Source: Klebsormidium nitens | Lineage: Eukaryota; Plantae; Klebsormidiophyceae | Reading direction: 5' to 3' | Length of the DNA stretch: 64,000 bases | Assembly: GCA_000708835.1 (NCBI GenBank) | Contig: DF237005.1 | Coordinates: 202,228 to 266,227, forward strand | Part shown: positions 44,640 through 55,100 of the stretch, piece by piece | How the letters are laid out: each line of letters begins with the position of its first letter | Numbering within the stretch: the stretch's first letter is position 1 | The notes under the pieces: model-generated | The model's input: the letters and a program-made list of their open reading frames with translations, nothing else | Told to the model about the DNA's origin: nothing | Databases searched by the model: none | Made by a program: the position numbers and the translations under genes

Positions 44640-47600
44640 ATGCCGGCAGCTAGACAGCTGATGAGAGAGCCTTCCTCCAGCGCTTTGTCCTGTACTGTCC
44701 AGGGACTAGCACCTTTTCAACAAGCAGCAAATGATGGAGTGTGCAGAGGGATCCGGATGTCTTGTGAGAGTTTGCAGTTCATAAGATTAATTGAACAGCA
44801 GGCAGTACAGCTAACATTTTCTCATAACATTACTTTTTCCCAAGTTCCTCTGCTATCTCAATCAAAGAAGCAACGTAAAAACCGATGCAACCGCAAGGTA
44901 TCTTGCGCGATGCCGCCAACAGGCCATCAAAAAGGTATCAACGATGATTGCTGGCAGGGCAGGGCTGAAAGATCCTGTAGCAACCAGGGTGGTAAAGCGC
45001 GAAAGCGCATGATAAGCGCTCCAGTCTTAGGGCGACTACAGGAAAATGCAGAGTTCAGCCGGCTTGCAAATGGGGCGAAGGAAAAGAAGGAAAGCAAGCC
45101 GAGAGAGACAGGAGTCGAGATTGATCTGGATGAGTTGATGGGACAAGGTGGGTTGAGATGCTGGCAATTACTTTCTATACCACCACTATCATCGCAGAAA
45201 TGAGTCGCTTTCGTAGAAGTTTCTCTAGTTAAAACACTCGGCAACAGGTTTCCTGAGCCTAAGTTTCTTGCTTGTGTGTCCTGGTGTATCTGCACTGACC
45301 GTCTAACGTCAGGGTATATATAATCTAAAAGGCTTGTGTATGAAGTCGGAGAGCAGGCTCGCAATAGACTGTGATCTCTTGCACGACAGCTCTGCACATC
45401 TGAGACTGTTTTCTGATTCTCAACTAGAGTTAGCAAATGATGCAGATTACATGACCAGATCTTTCGTAGAATAAGTCGTTTTCGGAACAGCTCTTTCTGC
45501 TGGTCCATATGCCACTTACACATATGGCCTTCTCAAGGGGGCGAGGTATGGACGTATGGGCGCACGGAGTCCCCAGTCGGACAAGAATCTTTTTATCACA
45601 CCAATGGTTTTACACATAGCTCCAGTGTCCGTTGTTTCCTGTCAACCTTACTGAGATACTCATGAAACGCACATTTCTGGACAACAGTAATTAACGTTAT
45701 CTAGTTTTGTTGTTTCAGATCTCGATCGGGGCACAATCGGGTCTGGTTGGCTCCCTCCCCCTCCAGAGATAGCCCGACCACGTGCGCAGTTCAACGCAGG
45801 GACAATGGCTTACCTGGGTGATGGGGTTTACCAGGTGGGTCCGGTTCCCTTTGGATTCTAATCATTCGTCTGATGAGCTTTCTATACGCTGGGCAACGAG
45901 CAGAGACTCGCATCCTCACTACCCCCTCAGGATTCCTGAGAAAGTAGTTCACCCCTCAGGATTCCTCAGAAACTGGCTCACAACATTGTGGGAGCTGGCC
46001 CAACACAGAGTTCACTGCCTTCTGCACACTCCATGCTGAGTGTCACTTATCGCCAAGCCCCAAGGACAAGAAAGATGGTTCACGCTTTCTGCGCCTACCA
46101 CAGAAGTGTTAGAGAAGTGGCCCATCCACTGAAAGCCCCGTTCTTTATTGGTGACTTCTTTCCCCCTCCCGAAACGGTGGTTAACGATCTTCACCCGAGC
46201 AACAGAAAAAGCTCACGAAAATCACGTCCTCCCCTCCCCCTTGCAGATGTATGCCAAGCGGCACTTCTTGCTCCCCCCCAAGACGGTCAACGCGTTGAAC
46301 GAGCGCGTCCTGGGGCTGGTCCGCTGCGAGACGCAAGCGGCCATGCTGCGCAAGCTGTGCAACGGCGCGTTTCTGACAGAGGAGGAGCGGTGAGAGCTCT
46401 CCCTTCTTTCAATCTCTACTTCTTTCCAACATTGTGTTGGACTTGTGGCCCTACTTCTGGTTGCGCATCCCAATATCTGCTCGATTTTGATGTCAGAAGC
46501 TCTTCTGTGTAATTTCGTGTCATGAACCTCCTACTCTTCGGAGTGCAAACTTGGTAGGTTTTCTCGAACATTGGTTCGAAAAGACGACTGGGTCGGCTCG
46601 GAAATTCCAGAGCTCACAGACCTAAGTGGCATGTATACACTACACCGAGAAGGGGGCACAGGGTCGGAGTTCTGTCTATCTATTCTGCTCTGTGCTGGCT
46701 CAGTGGCTCACAGACGTCAGACGTGCGCGCTGATACGACTTGCTGCTTCAACCCTTTCCTTGAAATGCTTCTCGTAGCCCTCAATCTCTTACTTCCTCTG
46801 CGCTCTTCAACCAGTGACTGGCTCAAATCGGCAGGAGGATCTCGAGTCCTGGTGACGGCCCCCGATCTTGTCACCGAATCGTCGTACATTCGGCGCAGAC
46901 CGATTTTCGAGTCATAAGACTGGGCATACCTCTCATCATTCTAATCGTAAACGATCAGATCTATGAACACTTTTCTCGCTGCAGGGCAATTGTACGATGG
47001 GGCAAAAATGCCGCTCAGGACTCGAGCAGAAAGGCGATACGCAGGGCTGGGGGGAAGGCCTACGGAGAAGCGACGGCTCTTGAAACCCTGGTAGGTCAAC
47101 TTGTTGGATACTCAGGGTTACGCATCTTTTTCTCTTGAAAAGGAAGCATATAGTAAAGCAAGCCAAATCGGGGAACTAAGCCTTTTCTCTCCCTTTTAAC
47201 CTCAAGTAGCTGAAGGCGCATATGATGACATGATTGTCAAATTGTTTCTTAGGTAACTTTGTTAGCGTGAGCCCTTTTCTAGCTGCAAAAGAAGCTGCGG
47301 CATTGTCTACTCAGATGTCCCTCCTCCAATTGTAACTTTCAGCACGGAATGAACTGACGACTTGGCAGTCGAGCCCCACCGCTGACCAGTCGCCCTTGCT
47401 CTCCTCCCCAGATTGGGTTCCTGTACCTAACAGACCCGTCCCGCCTAGACGCCTTGATGACGCACATTGGGTTCAGCTTCAACAGCTCCACGATTGCGAA
47501 AGAGGAACTGGAGGGGATCCCCACAGACGTGCCCAACGAAAACAGCCCAGGGGAACGTTTGGAGGCGGTTGGAGAGTCCAGGGAAGCGCCCGGACTAGAC

Positions 47601-50106
47601 GATTCGGACCGACTTAACGGGGTGAACGACGTTAAAGTTAAAGACGGGGTTGAAGATGGGGTTAAAGCGGTCTCGCTCCTTTTAGAAGCAATGCAAAACA
47701 TGGACAATGAGCTCGGTGCTTCTCACCGAGGGACCTCCTATGGGGAGGCGGGCCACCGCGAGGCGCCCGGGTCAGCTCCTCGGGGAAGCTCTCAAACTGC
47801 GGAGGGTTTTGCGAAAATGGAGAGCGCTTCCTTCGCTGACGCCATCGACAGACTCCCTTCAGCAGCCGCTGTCGGGAAGACAGCGAACACAACCGAAGTG
47901 AACGGGACTGTGCTTCGTAGGGGTTTAGCAGTCCCGGAAAGGGAACCGGGGGAAGAACGGGGATCGTGGGAAGGACTGCGGACCCACGTGTCAGAATGTG
48001 AGATTCGCGGAAGCAGCCCCAGTCTCGGAAAAGCAGAGAGCTCCGGAAGGAGACCCGGTGGATCCAGTGGTGGGTCGTTGTCTGGCGACGTGGCACTTTC
48101 ACAAGCGAACATGGTGCCTCCTGAACCGGAGGGATCAGCCGGGGCGTTAACCGGGGCGTCAACCGGGGCGTCAACCGGGCGGTCGGGCAGTCTGGAGCAG
48201 TCCGAGACCGGCGCCCGGGCATTGCCGCCGGAGTGCCCCCCGGAAGTGAAGGAGGTCTGGGAGAAGACGAAGCGGCTCCTTTGGCAAAAGTGAGGGGAAA
48301 CTTTCCGGCTCCGAGGGTCTAAAGTCGGCTCAAACCCACATTTCTTTCTTGTGTAGCTCTCTTTTTGCGCCTTTGACAAGGCGCTCTTAAGGGCTAAGCC
48401 GCTCTGAATGATTAATCGGAATTTCCGCGATAGCTCAACGATTACAATACTGCGCCTACGCGATTGCTCGCGATGGTCTATCTGAAACTCGCCCGACTCA
48501 GAAGTTTGTTAGAGCGGCCTGTAAAATAACTGGGTCGTTTGCTAGACCTCTACAGAGGGAGTAAAGCTCAGGACAGTCGATCCGACGTCGTCTTCCCGTT
48601 TGTAATGCCTTGAATGCCCTTGGATGCAGAACCCCACGAGGCAAAGCGAGTCCTTGAATTTCAAAGCACCAAACCTTCGGATTCCAAAAGTACTTGAGTG
48701 CCATCAGAAGCGAATCTTGCCGCTCTAGGCATGACGGAAAGGCGCACCGTTGGCACTGGTACCACTTAAGGCCGCCTCTTTAGCAGCTATTAAGAAGGGC
48801 TTTCGCAGGTCTCTGCTTCGAGAACGTCACTAGGGCGCTTAGCTCTGGCCGCATTCCCTTCATAATGCCTATATTCTAAGGACGTCTTTCGAATCAGGAC
48901 CCTAGCTTCAAATATGCCACAGCTCTCTGCCGTTAAGGTTATGTCTCTTCAATTTAGCAATAGTAAGCTCTAGCAATAGTAAGCCCTACACTAACACTAA
49001 AAACCTAACTCACAAAATCACCCGCTCCGCACCCGAACCCACCCTAACCCCTAAACTAACCCTACCCGCCCCAGGCTGGTGACTCGTGAGCTTACTATTG
49101 CTGAAGCTTACTATTGCAAAATTGAAGATTCTTTTTATGGTTTGTCGTTGAGCGGATCCCGACAGTAACTTCAGCGAATCACGGCAGATCAATAGACTCC
49201 CGCGAGTACGTCTGCGAGTACGTCAGGAAGTTCGAGCGACAGCCAGCTTTACTAGCTCGCCCCGAAGGTGCGTCCGCCAGACCTTTGAGCTACCAACGGC
49301 GACAACCAGACTGGGGTTGCTCCGAGCGCGCCCTGACCGCAGCCCGTATTTCTAAGCTAGATTCTTAAAACCCTCAAACGCTAAAGCCTTGAAAACCAAT
49401 CTCCAGGTACCAATTGCGACAGAAGCTGTCGCCGGAGGATCGGGACTTCGTCATGCAGGAGATCCTGACGTATCACCCGAACGCGACAGCGAAGATCGGG
49501 TGCGGCGTCGAGGCCATCACGGTAAGCGCTGAATCGTCAAGTATTCTTTGATCCATGAATGGATCATTCTCCGAGGTTAGTGAAGCAGGCTTGAAGATTT
49601 GAAGATTGTTTCTAGCTCAGGGTTCATTAGGATCAACTTCTCCACAGCCCCAAGGAGGCTGCTGACCCGGAAACCAAATTCTTTGCCGAGACATCCGTTC
49701 CACTCGTGACTTTCCGAAAGCATGGCTTGCCTATTCCTGGCTGATCGACTCTGATTCTACTGCCTTTCCGCCCTAAACCACCCACTTCTATGATACTTCA
49801 TATCCAACTGGCCTTCCAGATTCACTTGACGCGTTAGCCTTCTCGCGCCGATTGACGCAGGCTCAAATCTTCATGCTCTTGTTGACGCACCCCTTTGACG
49901 ACTTCTGTGTGAACCGACTTAAGCTATAAATTCACCAGATTCCCTTAAACCAAATTGCCCCGAATCACCCCTGTACCGTTTGTTCCCAGGTGGACTTTTC
50001 CATGCAGTCCCGCGCCAACCGGTGCTTCCACGTCATCCGCAACGACGGTTCCCAGGAGGACTTTTCGTACCTCAAGTGCCTACGGGTGCGCCGAGGGATC
50101 CTGTAG
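44640..50106 (+). CDS. Mini-ribonuclease III (RNC3/RNC4-like) fused via a ~250-aa disordered linker to a C-terminal DCL/DUF3223 domain; start uncertain, confident from 45042
   Basis: Exons 45042-45147, 45719-45834, 46247-46389, 46985-47090, 47412-48289, 49407-49521 and 49990-50106 are all in phase. Mini-III: RAQFNAGTMAYLGDGVYQMYAKRHFLLPP, VRCETQA, IVRWGKNA, YGEATALETLIGFLYLTD. DCL: KRLLWQKYQLRQKLSPED, LTYHPNATAKIGCGVEAITV, RCFHVIRNDGSQEDFSYLKC. Confidence 0.9.
48946..49128. mobile_element. MITE/foldback-like element: 39-bp terminal inverted repeats around a C/A-rich telomere-like spacer
   Basis: The left arm 48946-48984 (tcttcaatttagcaatagtaagctctagcaatagtaagc) matches the reverse complement of 49090-49128 at 36/39 positions. 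The spacer is rich in cctaac/ccctaa. No clear TSD was seen. Confidence 0.55.
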
Positions 50107-52197
50107 GACGCGCCGGAAGCCGCGCTGGCTTCGTTTTTGCGGAAGCGGGGAAATTGCAGGCACGCTAAGTTACATTTTGATAGGGTCCAGCAGGATGCGG
50201 TTTGAATTGACACTACTTGATAGCCGCGTGCCCAGGTCAAAATTGTCAAGGACCAACAGGTGTCTACAGAGTTGGGCGTATCTTGCAAACGGGAATTGCA
50301 AGCAGATCATGATGAAAGATTTCTTAACATAAACGTGGAGACAGAAGAGTCATAGCAGGCTTCCAAACTTCCGGGCCTTTATATGTCGGAGCTCATGCAG
50401 ACGTGGGTGCGTATCTGAGTCTACTAATTAGCTTCAGAGCTTTCCGGAGTACCGAAGTCAAGAGTCCAGGAACTTGAAAGCGAATGAACACTTTTCTGAG
50501 TCCGTGCGGGACGCGCACGGGCCTAAGCCACTAGCAGCCTCCGTTGCCAGCTTACTTGACCATGAATAACCTAACCTGGCCCGTTAGACCCATCAAATAT
50601 AACGTGCTTGACGTGTTCGCGTCGGGCGCGGCCAGTCAGTCATATCTTGGGCATATGCATCATCCCGAGTACGAGGCGCACGCGATCGTGGCATGACCAA
50701 GCAGTGTGTCTTTTGCAAACTTCACTGAATGCTCGGCGGCAGCGCCGCACAAGTGCGATCCTTGGCTTGCAAACCCAACGCTGTTTGAGCTGACCAGCAT
50801 CATTGGCTGCATATGCACTATTCCAAACAAACTCAAGACTACATGCTGGGTTTCGGCATGAGCTGCTGCACAATCCCATGCACATGATCACTGTACCTTA
50901 CCTGGCGGCATATGGCCTGGCCGTCAATCCATCATAAGCAATCGATTCTGCAGTGCAAACCCGAAGAGATTCGAATTTGGTATTATCGTTCACAGTCAAT
51001 AAGTCAATCATGCAAGATGAGGCATGGCAATCATAAAGCTCAAACATTGAGATCTGAGCCTAGATATCTGCTCACAACCAAACTACAGGTTTTAATCAAT
51101 CAAGCAAACTGATTACACCTGTCTAAGTGTTGTCACACTGGAACGTGAATTTCGCAAAACGAGTGCAGCCGCTCTCGTCCGTTCTTGTTGGCGCCACTGT
51201 TTGCTAGGTGCCGCTTGTTGGCTGCGTCACACAGCTTGCGAAAGAGGGAGAAGTCCTCTTTTCCTTTCGGTGTGATTGAAGCTGTCTGTTACTGGGAAGT
51301 TGCCAAGTGCAAATCTGAGCTTTGGGTAACGTTCTCCTCACTCCGGCTGCTGAAGGAACCTATTGTCAGTCTATTTCAGTCGTTGAGTGACTACAAAGAA
51401 GCTTCAAAGTGGACTTAGAACGTTCTTACTGTTACAATATTGTAGGCGAAGACCATCTCATTGGGCGGAAGTAATCCAGATGCTATAGCCTATCCGAGCA
51501 AGATTACAAGAGTTAGCAGGACTATACCAAGAGTTGAAGTGAATTGAACGGTTCATGACCGTCCGACGAATTCTGATTAAGCAGTACCGTCAGTCCGTGC
51601 GGACATCTATGTTCCCTTTTTGTTCCGGCTTGGTCTTCGGATGAAGAAAGAGCGGAAGATTCCGTCTCTGTAGATCGGACGTCAACCTAAAGTTTGCAGC
51701 AAGATCACCGGCACGGTCTCAGGCAGCCGCACGGAATTTAGTATTGGTGGCAATATCGGGTTGAAGGTGGGACCTGCCCCAGGCTTATCAAGAGAAGATT
51801 CCCTAACAAGTAACCAGGTGCGACTCAAGTTTCGAAGATACCCTCCTCGAATCCCGCCATGTGGCGCGCCAGCACGCAGACGCCAAATCTGTGCCCGCAT
51901 ATCGCTGCTCAAAAGGCGCGTGATCATTAACTAAAGCTGATATATTGTCACGCGTCAAGACAAGCTTGGGCTTCGAGAAGACCTAGCATGACAGGAGTGG
52001 TCTCTCTGGGCAGTGAACCTGTCTGCTCGGCAGGCTGTCAAGCATATAGTAGGGCTCCCAGCACTGCTTTTGTGCGTCAGTCGCAAACGCCTCCGACGCA
52101 AGAAATAATCTCCACTCGTCCAAGCTTAGCTGCATTCGCTTCGCGCTCTGGCGGCACCCGCGCATCAGCACGGCTGAGTTGACCCACTGTTCCGATC

Positions 52198-55100
52198 ATG
52201 GTGTCACTTTCCACGGCTCTGTGCGCGATCCTGCTTCTTTTGGGTTTGGGTTTGCTGGCAGTCCATGCTGCTGCGCATTGCCCCGCATTCTTCAATCCCT
52301 GCTACGACGCAGCTGGCACCCGCGAGTTTTGCTGCAAGAGCGCCCAGAACGGCCTGGCTGCGCAGACCTACGAGTGCTGCCAGTCTCAATGCGTGCCTGT
52401 CGGCGCTTGCGTCTGTGATGCCTCCGGCAGGCGAGCGGGTTTGACAAGAGATTCTGAAGTATCTTTTGTCAATCTGTTCGATCTTGCAAAGTTGGCTTTG
52501 TTCAGAATGCAAGAGCTTCTCGAGCTTTTGGTTGAGCATCTGGATCTGTGTTTGTGACTCTCTGTTTTTTCTGCTTCGAACCAGCAGAGTTGGCTTTGTT
52601 CAGATTGTGGGCTCTCTTTGAAACTTGCAAAGGGGTGGTGGTTGTCTCAGACGCTTGAGATATACTTCAACTTACTAACATGTAGAAGCTTGGGAGGATT
52701 CCTTGTCTTGGTGTTGGATGCTTTTTCGTGATTCAAGTTTCGAATCTGATCGTCTCATTACTGCTGAAGCCGAGGGGGGTTGACAGCTGTCATCTGAGAA
52801 TCCGATCCATGTAGACTGCTGGCCGGAAGCTGTTTTTTGGAAAAAAGTAGAAAGCACAAGACGTTTTGGCTTGATGCAAATCCTCTAATAGGGAGAGTGG
52901 TTTCCTCCTCTCATTTTGCGGTTAAGAATTAGTGTCCACTTATGGTCTTACAAGTCTGAATGAGCTTTCAATTCATGGCTTCTTTGCAAGCACTTTTGGT
53001 GAACCCGTCGGACCCATGGTTTCCATTTGAATTGAATCTCCCCTTGTCGTGTCTTCTTTCAGTTCACTTCCTATATTCTCCACCTGCAAATCTTGAATCC
53101 CAGCCGCAGTACAATCTCATCGTTATGAACAACAGCCACCCCGCTAGTGCTCCAAGTCGACCAGAGTCTGGGCCAAACTCCATCACCAGCCATGCTCAAT
53201 CATTTTGTATCGTAAAACTTTCATTACTATCATACCATACAAGTCATATCTCTGCTGTTCACCCCCCCTCGTTTACCGCTGCAGCTGCTCGAGTTCGTGC
53301 CCCCAAGCGTACGTGGCTGGCCGGTACTTCGACCGCATTTTCACCATCATCTTCGAGAACACCGACTACGCGGCCGCGATCGCGGACCCCTACTTCGTCA
53401 GCCTCACGCGGCGCGGCGACGGGCGCCTCCTGACCAACTACCACGGCTGCACGCACCCCTCCCTCGTGAGTCGCCCAGAAGAACACGTGTCGAAGTCCCG
53501 AGATTTTTGACTTCAATCTTTCGCCAAAGTCGAGATCGTTCCCGAACGTCAGCAGAATGTCAAACTAGCACTGGAATTTTGCAGTGCGCTACAGAAAGGT
53601 GTTCAGTCGACTGACTCAAACCCAAGGCGATGCACTCCTTCTGAGAGGACGAATTCACTGATTGGATCCCACTTCGTTCCGACCTTGATTCTTACCATCC
53701 TTTTCTTTCCGTCAACCGCTCCTCTCACTCGAGCCTCTTCACATTTTCAGAACATCAAAGTCCACAATGTGCCTTCGTTCTGACACCCCGGACGCCTTGT
53801 CTTTCTGGCAGCCCAACTACTTGTGCCAGTCCTCGGGAACCTTCTACGGCCACACCAGCGATGCAGTGCTCGCAATTAACGGAACGAGCGTCGTTGACCT
53901 GCTGGAACCCGCCGGCATCTCCTGGAAGGCCTACATGGAGTGAGTATCAGTTTCTTGTTATGTCTTTCCTTTATGCCAAGTTGTAAACAGACAGAGATCG
54001 ACAAACTGCCTGAGATTAATGGTGGGGCACGGGTGCGGAGCAACTCCTTCCCCTCCTCATTTTGAATACCGTAAGCTTTCCCCCCGGATAGTCAGTTCCT
54101 TTAAGTTTCCCCCAAAATGGTAACTAAGCTTTTGAACCGTTCCCTTAAAACTGCTGATTCCGTGCACTTCTTTCCTCTTTCAGGGCCTTCAACGGCAATT
54201 GCGACCTTACTCCGTTTACGCCGGCCGACGGGAATGGTTACGCCAGGTGGGTTACGCCATGTCCCACTTTAGTCATCGTTTTTAAACCCTACGGATCCGT
54301 CAGCGGCTTCTTTTTCCTGATCGCTCTCACAAATCGTGCGTTTCTCCTCAATTTTCCCATCTCTCATCGCACTTTCGTCGACGTTCGTATGGATGTTTCC
54401 GCTCTTCACTTTCGTCTTCTTCTGTCACCTCCTTGGGAGTTCCGGTCCTCGCGACAATGTTAACAGATCGTTCTGCCCTTCTCCAACAGTCGTGCCATTT
54501 ACGAATACTCAAGTTCGCTTAATGCTTGCGTTCGCAATCGACGTCGCGCGTCCTGACCGTTCAGTTTCCGCCGTTCCGCCTGACCGTTCCGTTTCCGCCG
54601 TTCCGCCCGCCAGGAAGCACGACCCCTTCCTCAATATCGCCAACATCATCAACAACCCCGCGCGCTGCGCCAAGGTCGTTCCGGCGGCGCAACTGGACGC
54701 GGATATTTCCGCCGGAACCGTCCCCCAGTACGCCTACTACGTGCCTACTCAGGTCAGATTCCGCCCGTTTCAAGATTAGCGTCTCGGGGCTCAAGTACCT
54801 TTGGGTTTCACTCTTCCGTGCTTCTTCCGTTGGTCTGCTACCAGTGATGATGGAGCCCCCCGCGTCTTTGCAGCGGAAATTGGAACGCGGGTGTCGCTTG
54901 TTCCGCAACGTCATCGCGGTTGTGTGCTTCTGAAGGTACAAAAGGGCCCCGAATTCAGGCGATTAGTTCCGGACGGAAAGAACAGTTCTACTTGATTCCC
55001 AGTCACGAACCAACCCAATCAGTCTCAGACTCTAGAAGTTGTGGTTGAGTTCTTGGCGGATTTCCACTTTCTTTCGGAGCCTGTTTGAGTTTGACTCAAC

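Noticed and set aside
47222-47320. ATGATGA box-C-like motif in a Mini-III intron (possible snoRNA)
   Set aside because: No properly placed box D (CTGA), terminal stem or rRNA-complementary guide was found.
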